Source of the DNA: Felis catus
Taxonomy: Eukaryota
Direction: 5' to 3'
NCBI RefSeq assembly: GCF_018350175.1
Contig: NC_058368.1
Coordinates: forward strand, 20,338,001-20,402,000
Length of the DNA stretch: 64,000 bases
Shown: positions 37,350-48,833 of the stretch, piece by piece
Layout of the letters: each line of letters opens with the position of its first letter
How positions within the stretch are numbered: position 1 is the first letter of the stretch
Translations under genes and position numbers: made by a program
Notes under the pieces: model-generated
What the model saw: only the letters and a program-made list of their open reading frames with translations
Databases searched by the model: none
Told to the model about the DNA's origin: nothing

Positions 37350-38260
37350 TTTTGATAATATACTTAATGATATTTGCATATACATATAAAATTATCCTTC
37401 AGATAATATATGTTAGTGACTGCAAAATATTCTCTTTTGGATATTTAGACAATTTCAACAATCTGTCATTGTAAATGACATTGATAATGAGCATTCGTGC
37501 CACAAATATTTGCCTGCTTTTGAGGTTGTTTACTTAATACTTAATAAAAGCTTAAGTACTTGGTCAAAGGACATTAATATTTTTTAACTCTTTATTGCAT
37601 ATTTCCAAATTGCCTTCCAGAAATATTGTATCAGTTTAATTCTCAATAACAGTCCTTGAAAATGACAGATCTCCAGCATCCTTGCTAAGAAGACATTGTT
37701 ACCTGGTTTTAAGATATTGGCAATTTGGGGAGAAAAGATATCCTATTATTTTAATTTGCATTTGTTTTTGCTAAACAGTAATTTTGAAAATTACTCCTGT
37801 GTTTATAGTCATTTTTATTTTCTTTACTGCAAATTACATGTTTATGCTTTATGCCTGTCTTTCTGTATAGGCTTTGGTATAACCCGTGCTGATTTATTTC
37901 ATAGCATTTGTATATTAAAAATATTAATCCTTTGCCCGCCATATTAACTGCCAGTATTTTTCTTGCTTGTTGATTATTGTTTAATTTGTCATTCGTTTAC
38001 ATCAGGTTTTGAAATTTTTATACGATGAGTCCATCATTTTTTTTTTCTTTGTATCACAGGGTTTTAAGCTTAGAAAAAAAAATTTCCTCTTTACAAATAG
38101 GATACATATTTACCTACTCTTTCTTGTCATTATTTATACATTTTAACATTTATCCTGATTCGTCTACAACTCATTTTGGTGTGCCTTGTAAAGTTATGGC
38201 CATTATTTGTTTGCAATCACCTGTTTTTGCAGGCCATTTACTAAATACATCCTCCCCAGG
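37350..38260 (-). mobile_element. Old L1 (L1ME-like) ORF2/3' relic
   Basis: ttccaaattgccttccagaaa, ttttaatttgcattt, tattaatcctttg are antisense L1 hallmarks. Confidence 0.65.
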
Positions 38261-38540
38261 CTGTGTGACTGTGGCATTGAAAGGAACGACACGGAATGCC
38301 ACTTAGGAGAGCAAAACCAAAGAACAGACACCATCTAGAGAGAAGGCCAGGTGAGAAAGTATGGACATGAACGCCCACATACAAGTGGGTTGGCACGAAT
38401 TACACAGAGTCACCAAACCTTCTCGAGATCAGCAACTACCTGGAAATGGAGGGAAAGCAAAGGGATTTCTGGCAGATCTGGGAGCCAAACCCCTCAAAAT
38501 TCCCAACACATTTTCACAGGAAAGTGTAACTGACTGGTCT

Positions 38541-39161
38541 TGTAATGCCCGAAGTTCCGAAACCTCCCACAAAAGTCCACCAGTGTCGTAAGTCAAAGCC
38601 AAGCGGCCAGGGTCGTTTATTGCAGGTTCGAACCTGGTCCCCTGCGCACTCGTCGCCGGTGACGCAAGAGGCCACGATCAGGGTTGGTACAGCGTTTTTA
38701 TAGACAGAGACAAATAGCACAGGGGAGGTTTCAAATTATGAGGGGCCTGATTAGTTGATTTTAAAGTAAGGACATTTGTTGTTCTCTGATTGGGCGTCCT
38801 TTGTCTGTCCTTTGGCGGGAAGGCTTTGTCCGTTACTTGTGGTGGGAGGAAAAAAGGGGGAAGGGGGTAGGTGAGGAATGTGTTAAGCAAGCAGGTTTAC
38901 AGAAGTGAGAAATGCCGGTTAGTTTATGTACAATCACTCATTCCATTACATATCAGACTACATTTAGGAAGGTTTACAACCCATTCTACTACACAGCGGG
39001 TTACATTCAGGAAAGGCCTCACAATGCTCGTAGCAAACAGCAAGCAAAACAGACTTCTCAGCAATTGTATTTCTTATCAAAGATCCATAATAAGCAGAAA
39101 AGAGAACTTTAGCTTTAAACTAAGGCAGGGCTGTCATTTGGATTTAAAGCTGTTCTTTTCA
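38541..39161 (-). mobile_element. Intact solo LTR, class I (gammaretrovirus-like) ERV, 621 bp
   Basis: Minus strand runs TGAAAAGAACAGC...CGGGCATTACA with a perfect 4-bp TSD gtct (38537-38540 / 39162-39165). CCAAT (38789-38793), TATAAAAA (38695-38702) and AATAAA (38616-38621) are in U3-R-U5 order. Confidence 0.92.
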
Positions 39162-39871
39162 GTCTGAGAACAGAAAAACTTGGACAGCATTTTGTAACCT
39201 TCAGTTTACAGGTGAGTGCTAAAGTGGACGGGACCCTGGGAACCCTCAAAACTAACAAACCACACTCCCTTGCAGAACAAAGTTATGGACCGAGGAGAAA
39301 CCGCTAGGAGTAAAATCTAAACCGAGCAGGATGGGAACAATCAGTGCCAAAGAAAGGGCTTATTCTAGATCTGGTTCCCCCTGAAAACAAAGCCTGGAAT
39401 AAGGGCTTGTGAGCAGATGGCTTATTTAGGCTGGGGTCCAGGGACCAGGAGGGTGGCCCTGATGATGTGAAAGAGGGAAATGCAATGTAAGGATGTCTCT
39501 TCTTCTTCTCACCCCATGGGAAACTGGAACTCAATTCCACCAGAAAACACTGAGGAGATTCTTGTGATTTGCTATGTGGCCTATGATATATGATCAATTT
39601 TCAAAAATGTTTCCTGTGTACTCTAGAGATATTTGGAGTGATAATTTATTTCTCAAGATTCTTCTGTTAATTTGTTGTAAGCATGTTTAACAACTGCCAT
39701 TACAGGATTATTTGGTCAGATTGATTTTTTTTCCACGAAGCCTGATTGAGAATCCTGGAAACAAGTTCCAGAGTAGATTTGTTTTGGCTGCTGGGAGAGG
39801 GGTGGGGTGGCTAGGGATGGGAGGCCGGAGTTAGAGAGATTGTTGGATACCACATTCGCTCTCTGGTAATT

Positions 39872-40096
39872 TTTTTTTTTAATTTTTTTTTAACGTTTAT
39901 TTATTTTTGAGGCAGAGAGAGAGACAGAGCGTGAACAGGGGAGGGGCAGAGAGAGAGGGAGACACAGAATCTGAAACAGGCTCCAGGCTCTGAGCTGTCA
40001 GCACAGAGCCCGACGCGGGGCTCGAACTCACAGACTGTGAGATCATGACCTGAGCCAAAGTCAGACGCTTAACCGACCGAGCCACCCAGGCGCCCC
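39872..40096 (-). mobile_element. Young Can-SINE
   Basis: Perfect 15-bp TSD cgctctctggtaatt. Confidence 0.95.
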
Positions 40097-40347
40097 CGCT
40101 CTCTGGTAATTAAAGCAAGCAAAGGTTAATGGTTCAAATAAGACAATTGAAAAAGAAGGAGATATATAATAGATATATTATATAGATCTCTCTCTCTACA
40201 TATAGACAGATAAATTCAGTGTATTGTGCGTTCAATTAAAAATTGATAACAAATGTTCCCAGTATTGGCTTTCTTTTCAATGTACTTTAATGGATGTTCA
40301 GGTTTGGGGAGTGAAATAAATGCTGCCTGTGAAATCACAACTGCCTA

Positions 40348-40386
40348 ATACTACACTTGATCTTAGCCGAAAGGCCGAGCAGCGAT
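40348..40386 (-). pseudogene. 3'-truncated U2 snRNA retropseudogene (U2 nt 1-39)
   Basis: Minus strand ATCGCTGCTCGGCCTTTCGGCTAAGATCAAGTGTAGTAT vs U2 ATCGCTTCTCGGCCTTTTGGCTAAGATCAAGTGTAGTAT (37/39), with flanking direct repeats cacaactgcctaata/cacaactgtataata. Confidence 0.92.
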
Positions 40387-40812
40387 CGCACAACTGTATA
40401 ATAAAGGACTGATCATTGATTAGGTTGCCAAGGGTGTCAGTGCCAAGAAAGGTTTGCCTTGGACTTACTATTGCACATGACAGCAAGCTACAGATGCAGG
40501 TACGGATATAGATGTGCAGATATGATTATTATGTATATATGTAAATTACATAATATGTGTTATAAGTATATATGTGTGTTTTGTAATCTGGATTATTGTG
40601 TATATGTATATATGATTGTCATATTATTCTGGTTAGTCATCACGCCCAAATACAGATGTTGTGAACTAGTTATCACAGACAGAGTCTTACAATCACCCTC
40701 AATCACCCTCGAGCTCTGGACACCATTTGGAAGGTTCCCCTCCCTTATTATTACCATATAGATGGCCATGCGAGGGAGCCATCCTCTTGTTTATTTTTGT
40801 TTCTATCTCTTT

Positions 40813-41019
40813 ATTACATTTTTTTTAACATGTATTTATGGTTGAGAGACAGAGAATGAGCAGGGGAGGGGCAGAGAGAGGGAGACACAGAATCTAAAGC
40901 AGGCTCCAGGCTCTGAGCTGTCAGTACAGAGCCTGACATGGGCCTCGAACCCACAGACTGCAAGAACATGACCTGAGCCATAGTCAGACGTTTAACCGTC
41001 TGAGCCACCCAGGCACCCC
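40813..41019 (-). mobile_element. Can-SINE
   Basis: TSD tgtttctatctcttt. Confidence 0.92.
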
Positions 41020-41118
41020 ATGTTTCTATCTCTTTCTTATATGAGTACTCTGCTGTGGAAACCCCAACACAGAAGGTTCTCGAGACATGGTTACAGATAA
41101 CATTTAAAATTGTGCTGA

Positions 41119-41266
41119 CAAAGAACAAACTGTTGGTCACCAAAGGGGAGGTGGGTGGGGAGGGGTAAAATAGGTGATGGGAACTGCTGAATCACTATAT
41201 TGTACACCTTAAACTAATGCAGCACTGCATGTTAACTATGCTGGAATTTAAGATAAAATAAAATTT
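41119..41266 (+). mobile_element. L1 3' end fragment
   Basis: gaacaaactgttggtcaccaaaggggaggtggg...aatcactatattgtacacct...gttaactatgctggaatt. Confidence 0.8.
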
Positions 41267-41267
41267 A

Positions 41268-41492
41268 TTTATTTTATTTAAAAAAAAAATTTTTTTAATG
41301 TTTATTTAGCTTTGAGAGAGACACAGTCGAGCAAGGGAGGAGCAGAGAGAGAGGGAGTCACAGAATCTGAAGCAGGCTCCAGGCTCCCAGCTGTCAGCAC
41401 AGAGCCTGACGCGGGGCTTGAACTCACAAACTGTGAGATCATGATCTGGGCCGAAGTCAGACGCTCAACCAACTGAGCCACCCAGGTGCCCC
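41268..41492 (-). mobile_element. Can-SINE inserted in the L1 tail
   Basis: TSD aagataaaataaaattt. Confidence 0.9.
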
Positions 41493-42383
41493 AAGATAAA
41501 ATAAAATTTAAGAAATAGGATAAAATAAAATTGCATTTATAATGGACAAATATAGCACAGTCACAAAATTCTCTCGCAATGCAAGATGCATGCTTTCTAC
41601 ACACTAATTTAATTTTCAGTCCTTTTGGTGTAGTTTTTCCTTAGTTATACTCATTTCAGCTGGACATAGGGTTGGCTTTTGCCATGAGTGGTCATGGAAA
41701 CGTAAGGTAGTGTAGTCGTTTTCCAATCTCTTATTCATAAAAGATGCCTTTTAGAATCTCCCATAGTTCAAGTGAAGTAAAGCCAGTCGATTGGATGTGC
41801 TTTCATGGGTAACTCTTCACCTCCTAGTGCTTAGGTCTTAAGCGTTCAAACCCCATCAACTATTGTTCCGGTAAGAATGGCAGAGGGACTGATTGAGGAG
41901 TTGACTGCCTCTGGGCAAGAAGATGAATAGTTTAGTAACAAGGACTTAGATGGATGGGTTTGGTACAATCTTTACACAATAATCGGAACATTATTTGGGC
42001 TTAAAATAAAGATCACAAATGAAAATTTAGAGAGGCTTTGAAAGAAGCCGGCCCTGTATGGCAGAGACCTCAATGCCTGAGTAATAGTAATAGTTTTTAT
42101 TGGTTCCCTTACGAGCAGATAGCACTGAATTATACTGGGCTTCCAGCCCTATAAGCCTCCATAACCTCAGGCACATAGTTCTCCCGAGTCATTCTCTCCC
42201 CTGTGAAGAGGAAATCCGAAATCTCCATCATGGCTCACACATTTTTGGTTACTCTGAAAGATTGGGTGTGGTACCCAAAACATTTTTCAGAAAGGCCACA
42301 GAGGTCTTTGATGAATTAAGAGAATCAGGAAGTGAGAACCCTTTCTTGTCCTCATACCCAGGATTTAGCTGCAGGCTGGGCCA

Positions 42384-42412
42384 AAACAACAACAACAACA
42401 ACAACAACAACA
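42384..42412. repeat. (AAC)n microsatellite
   Basis: Direct inspection. Confidence 0.9.
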
Positions 42413-42854
42413 AACAAAAACCCACAGACCCCCAAGTATGGCGTGGTCTCCAAAAATGAATCGGTAGATAATTTTGCTGAGAAAATAGGCATTCTGAGCC
42501 AGTGTTTGGGAAGATGTCCAAAAATAATAATAGCAACATCAAGGATACTAAGTTACCATTTATTAAGCACATTCCAGGTGCTGGGTGCTTTACAGAAACC
42601 ATCTCTAATACTCCCAACAAGAAGTACATTAGTTTTCATTAATACTTTCTAGACACAGAAACAAACTCCGGAGGTTAAACAAATTTTCCAAAATCAGAGT
42701 GCTGATGGGGATGCTAAGCCAAGTGTTTCTGGCATGAAAGCTCACGTTCTTAACTGCTCAGGTCCTTAAAAAAATACTGGCCTCTACTTGCTGAATTAAT
42801 ATCAATTACCTCACATATGAGCATTGCTGATTGCGCAAAGCAGAATTAGCTAGA

Positions 42855-43000
42855 TCCCCACTTTACAGATGGTGAAATAAAGGCTCAGAAAGGATTCATC
42901 GTTTGCCCAAGGTCACACAGCTAGTAATTTGGAGGATTTGAATTCAACCCCAGGTCTGTAGGCTCTCAGAGTCATACATTTCCCACCAAGCCACACTGAC
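42855..43000 (-). mobile_element. MIR SINE (another at ~42550-42760)
   Basis: cccactttacagatggtgaaataaaggctcagaaagg...tttgcccaaggtcacacagctagt. Confidence 0.8.
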
Positions 43001-43949
43001 TTCTGGGGCCAAGAACTTTCCTGGGTATGAAGAGAAGTGTGCTGAGTGAGGGCAGCATTTCCCTGATCTTCCAGATGGAGCTGGAATTAAATGTCAGCTT
43101 TATTTATCTAGGAAAATTTATACAAAAAAAAAAAAAAAAGAAGGAAAGAAAGAAAAAAATGTAGCATATGTCCTTGGAAACAGAAAGACTTGGGCTTAAT
43201 GTATCCCTTGTGAGCGCAGAATTTATCAGCCAAGACAGATGGCTGGCCTTGTGGAGTCAGAGAGTGCAGGGAATTTTGAAAGCCCAGCATCATTCAAGGC
43301 ATGGGAAGTCAATTCTAGGAGCAAAATTTCACAGTTTGTGAACACTTGGAGGAGTGATGGAGAAGTCAACTGGCTTTCAGAAACATCAGGTAGCTGTGTG
43401 ATTTCAAGATGTTGAAATCCTGTGTCGTGTCCTGTGTTCCTGATATGAGCTCATTGCATTTCAGTGAAATTGTAGGGTGGTCTTTGGGTTTGCTGCTTGA
43501 CCAGGTGTGGGCACTCTGTCTGCATCAGAAGCCCGACTTCTCTCCCAAAGGCAGTTATTTCTGTCTGGGAATAACTTGTGGCATTCTGATTACACCACAG
43601 AGAAACGGTCAGGATAAAGGGAGGGTAAAATAGATCCTTCGGAGCAGAAGCAACTTTGTGAACGGAAGACATTTTCCTAAATGTATGACCTCTTTTCCAA
43701 CAAGCACTGAAAGTACTCTGATCCTTATGCCTATCTTTCCATTGTTTGCTGTTCAGGAAGACAGCAAGCAGCGCACTGGGAGAAATCACAGTTCCTTAGC
43801 TCATCACCTGGAAGTTAACTAAGAAGTCCAGGCAAGTGGGTGCCATTTTGTGGGCATTCTGGAATTTTGAGGGTGCCACAGGGTATACAGAGCCTGGTCA
43901 AAGTTCAGGATAAGAGCGGAAGAGAGAGACGGGCTAATGAGTGATGGGC

Positions 43950-44835
43950 ATAATTTAAAAATAGGATTTCTTGTTTTTTGCTACAGTTGATAAGCTCTTT
44001 ATATAATTTGGAAATTAATCCCTTATCAGATATATGGTTTGCAACTCTTCTCCCATTCTGTAGGTTATCTGTTCACTTTGTTGGTTGTTTCCTTTGCTGT
44101 GCAGAAGCTTCTTAGTTTGATGTAGTCCCATTTGTTTATTTTTTTGTTGCCTGTACCTTTGGTGTCATATTCATGAAGTCATTGCCAAGACCAATGTCAT
44201 GAAGCTTTCGCCCATGTTTTCTTTCAAGAGTTTTATAGTTTCACGTTTCATGTTGAAGTCTTTCATCCATTTGAGTTGACTTTTGTGTATGGTGTAAGAT
44301 ACAGGTCCAACTTCATTCTGTTTTTCCAACACCTTTGTTTGTTGAAGAGAGAATTCTTCCCCGTTGTGTATTTTTGGCACCATTGTTGAAAATTACTTGA
44401 CCATATGTATGGGTTTATTTCTGGGCTCTCTATTCTGTTGCATAGGAATAACCTTAACTAAGAAGGGGAAATATTTATATACTAAGGAGTAGAAATTACT
44501 GATGAAAGAAATTAAATGAGGGAGAGACAAATGGAAAACCATCTTGTGTTCATGGACTGGAACAGTTAGTACTGTTAATGTGTCCTTACCACCCAAAGCT
44601 ATCCACAGATTCAATGCAATCCCGATCAAAATTCAAAGACATCTTTTACAGAAATAGGAAAACAATTTTATGATTTATATGGAACCACAAAAGACCACAA
44701 ATAGCCTTCTTTCTTAGGAATGAAAGAAGAACAAAGCTGGAGACATCACACTCCTGATTTCAAAGTATATTATGAAGCTATAGTCATCAATATAGTGTGG
44801 TACTGTCATGAATACGGACATATCGACCAATGGAA
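43950..44835. mobile_element. L1 ORF2 relic with 5' inversion (minus-sense 43950-44439, inverted 44440-44835)
   Basis: The two pieces are adjacent in the L1 consensus (..gaccaatgg|aacagaatagagagcccagaaataaaccc..) but lie in opposite orientations. Confidence 0.85.
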
Positions 44836-45991
44836 AGCCATTTTCTGTTAATGGAGTCAGCTAGAAGAAGCTCACACCAGTCCACTTACCTCCCAGACAT
44901 CAGAACTTTGTTACATGAGTACACCAGGTTGTCACGAAGGCTGGAAAATGTGACCTTGATTTTGGGAAGCCATTCGTTCAGCTAAAATCGAGAGGAAAGA
45001 GAGAATGGTTACTAGGGGAAAACTAGCAATCTCTGGCTTATAAGACCATCAGATAATGGGAAATTATCTGATTTAAGTAACTGGTATTCTAAACAAATCG
45101 TATCTTTGATTCTTCTAACTGCACCTCCCATAGGTGTGTTTCCTTGTCCAGGAAATAAATGGTGATTAGTATTTATGAGATGTCTGTTACAGCATCTGGT
45201 ACATAGAAGCGGTCAACAATGAAGGGTCTCTTTCTTCTCCCCTTTCGAGGAAGTACATAACTCTCAAAATTCTATGAGGACACTGTATTGTACAGCTAGC
45301 TGAAGGCTTAGAACCCAGATTTATTCATGGGAATTTCATCTTCTGGCTGGACATACACACTGAGAGGCAGCAGCTGGAAAGCTTACAATAAATGATTTTG
45401 AAAGCTTCTCTCTGAGCATACAGAGCTCACAGAGATTAAAAGTAAAAGCCATAAGGCAGCAGGATGTATAGTATATCCAAAGCCTGGTAATCGAGTTAGA
45501 AAAGTATGTTTCTTCTAACATACTGGGTTGGAATCAGAAACCCCTAGAGTTGATTAGTTGAGGCTCAATCAGGCATTAATGCCTATATAACAGAGATACC
45601 TACCCAGAAGATTAAAAATAAATAAAGGGAGCATTGAGACTTTCTACACCATGAAAATGGAATTTAAAGGTCATTTGTCATTTCCCTGTTATTTTGTAGT
45701 CCCCATGAGCAAGCCAAGGCCTCCACCCTGTGCAGCAGATGGGCCATCCTCTTCCCTGCATCTTCAGTGGCTCACTCCTTAGGCTTTGTTTCAAGGAGGG
45801 ATTGGGGAAATCCTAGAGTCATGGGTTTTATAACTATTGCCTCTAGACACATATCAAAACAGGGCTTTTCAGCTTTAGAAGGTGCTGTTGTATATTTCTT
45901 CTAGAAATCCACTCCTTTCTTTGACTTGCCCGAAGACACACAATGCCCAGGTCACCCTCCCCGACCCTCCCAGAGAAGTGTATGTGAACAC

Positions 45992-46006
45992 GTGTGTGTA
46001 TGTGTA

Positions 46007-46051
<45 letters not shown>
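45992..46051. repeat. (TG)n microsatellite
   Basis: Direct inspection. Confidence 0.95.
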
Positions 46052-46055
<4 letters not shown>

Positions 46056-46145
46056 AATGCCTTTGGAGTTCGAATGAAGCAAACTCCTGGTCTGGCTTTA
46101 TCAAACAGATAAAGTCATGCTTGATTTTTTTGAACAACCTTTTTA

Positions 46146-46349
46146 TCAACGTTTATTTATTTTTGGGACAGAGAGAGACAGAGCATGAATGGGGGAGGGG
46201 CAGAGAAGGAGGGAGACACAGAATCGGAAACAGGCTCCAGGCTCTGAGCCATCAGCCCAGAGCCCGACGCGGGGCTCGAACTCCCGGACCGCGAGATCGT
46301 GACCTGGCTGAAGTCGGACGCTTAACCGACTGCACCACCCAGGCGCCCC
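46146..46349 (-). mobile_element. Young felid Can-SINE (SINEC_Fc type), almost no poly(A)
   Basis: Perfect 15-bp TSD tgaacaaccttttta (46131-46145 / 46350-46364). Confidence 0.95.
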
Positions 46350-46869
46350 TGAACAACCTTTTTAAATGTAAATTCATTTGTTTGCTATTCTGAAGTCAAA
46401 TAAGGCTGGAAAGAACAGTGTTTTATTTACATTCCAGCTCCTCTACTTTCTAGCTTTCTCAACTTGGACAAATGATGTCCAAATGCTTCTCTGTGTCACA
46501 GTCCTGCATTCAAACCCTGCAAGTAGAATGAAAGTGCCATTAAAGTACACATTAAAGTATCCCTCTTTCGACTAGTGATGTACCCTGAGAGTAATAGTTA
46601 AATGGAAATAATCATTCTGTCTCATGGGATTATTATTAGGATTAAAAAATGTATGTACCCAAAGCACCTGGTCCTGAGTATGGCTTAGTTAGTGCTTAAT
46701 GATGACTGCCATTATTATTTGGGAGTATAACGCTGTGTCGATTAAAAACATAGCTTAAATGCAGTTTTAGATCTCACTTTTCAGAAACTGTGATTACTTA
46801 TTGCCACCAGGAAGGTATCAGCAGAATCCGCCCTCACTCTGTATCTGTGACCACTATACATGGACGCAT

Positions 46870-47170
46870 TCCATCAACATTTCAATGAAACTGCTCTTGT
46901 CAAAGCAATGACTTCCATGTTGCCAAACCAAGGGCACATTCTCAGTCAGTCCTCACCCTCCATGACTTATCAACACCATTGAAAGCATCCTTCCCAAAAT
47001 GCTTCCTTCACCTGGTGTTCCGGATACCTCACTTTCGTGAGTTTTCTCCTACCTCCTTGGGTTGCTCCTTCTTGGTGTTCTTTGCTTGTTCCTGTCCTTC
47101 CCCACCTATTACATTGACTGTCCCAGGAACCAGTGTTTGGGATCCAAGGCTCTCTATATTCCTTCCCTGC
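46870..47170 (+). mobile_element. L2 LINE relic
   Basis: tgaaactgctcttgtcaaagcaatgacttccatgttgccaaa...ttttctcctacctc. Confidence 0.75.
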
Positions 47171-47531
47171 GTTGGTCAAGGCCTGGACAGGAAAAATCTA
47201 GGTCATTTCAGGAGATCTTACTGATGGGAATTTTGATGAAGATGTGAACACAGTTTAGGAACATCAGTGATTAAAAATCCACTCTTGTGGAGTTAGAAAC
47301 AGTGGGGAACCTGAGGGGCTAGAGGCAGGAGTAGTTACCAGAATCTAGAAAGGGCAGCTGAATAAGTGGGCTGACTGATGGGAGCTATGGCCTTTGATAC
47401 ATGTTGGGGGGACAGGTGGGGCATGGGTAGGGGAACAGGTAGAAGGATTGCTCTAGATTAAAGGAGACTAAGACAATAGCACATACAATCGAATGAATGG
47501 AATATGTGAGCACTAATGAGATCCTGGATTT

Positions 47532-47748
47532 AAAAAAAAAATTCTAATGTTTATTTATTTTGGTGGGGGAGGCGGGTAGAGGCAGAGAGAAAGAGAGAGA
47601 GAGAGAGAGGGAAACATACAATCTGAAGTGGGGTCCAGGCTCTGAGGCGTCAGCACAGAGCCCGACACGGGACTCGAACTCACAAAGTGTGAGATCTTGA
47701 CCTGAGCCAAAGTCGGAAGTTTAACCAACTAAGCCACTCAGATGCCCA
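47532..47748 (-). mobile_element. Can-SINE
   Basis: TSD gatcctggattt. Confidence 0.9.
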
Positions 47749-48093
47749 GGATCCTGGATTTTTAAAAGTCAGCTCTAAAGACTTTCCTTAAGGCAATTAG
47801 TGAAATTTGAATATAGATTGCCTAATAGTTGATATTGAAACAATATTAAATTTTAGGGGTGTGATTTCTTAAAAAAAAACAAAACCTTTTTGTCTGCTAA
47901 ACACAGGCCAACCTTGACTCTTTTGCTTGTCTGGGTTCTTTCCACCCCACTTGTCTTTGATGATATAAGAGCAGGTATACATTTTGATAGATAACGTAAT
48001 GCAACCAACTACCAGGATCAGAGCCCTAATGTTTACGAGGCTCCAACCCTTTGCTGATCATCTAGTTTTCCTGTTCCCACTCATTTCAATTAC

Positions 48094-48148
48094 TTTTTTT
48101 TTTTAATTTTCAAATTTTATTTAAATCCAAGTTAGTTAACATATAGTA
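48094..48148 (-). mobile_element. Minimal L1 3' end (~55 bp)
   Basis: poly(T) + tttaaatccaagttagttaacatatagta, TSD tcaattac. Confidence 0.65.
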
Positions 48149-48615
48149 TCAATTACATTCTTTAATGGACTCTGGCTAGTAAGCTCAAGAAGGCAGGGCT
48201 CTTTCCCGTTTTATTCATGGAAATACTAGAAGCACCTAGAACTGTGGCACGTAGCAAGGGCTAAATAAATGCCTATTGGCCAAATGAATTAGATACAGGA
48301 AGCCAACTGATCCTGGCACATTGATTATGATACTGAACAGCAGGGTGGAACCCACTTATTAATTCTACGTATTTATGAATTATCCCTTGAGTTTTCTTTG
48401 TGTGACCATTTGTTTTGTTTTGTTGTTCCAAATCCTTGCAGATTTTATTTATTTTTCTTACTATGCTGACAGGGTCTCTAATACAACGTTGCCTAGAAGT
48501 GCTGGCCATAGGCTTCCTTGCCCTATTTCGTACTTCAGAGAGAATGCCTCTAGTGATTACCATTAAGAACGGCACTCTGTGGGCTTTTGGTAAATACTTA
48601 AAAAAAATCAAGTTA

Positions 48616-48833
48616 GGGGCGCCTGGGTGGCTTGGTCAGTTAAGCGTCCGACTTTGGCTCAGGTCATGATCTCACAGTCCGTGAGTTCGAGCCCCGCGTC
48701 AGGCTCTGTGCTGACAGCTCAGAGCCTGGAGCCTGTTTCCGATTCTGTGTCTCCCTCTCTCTCTGCTCCTCCCCTGTTCATGCTCTGTCTCTCTCTGTCT
48801 CAAAAATAAATAAACGTTAAAAAAAAAATTAAA
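48616..48833 (+). mobile_element. Young Can-SINE inside an old antisense L1 relic (~48290-48880)
   Basis: TSD aaaaaaatcaagtta. Confidence 0.93.
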
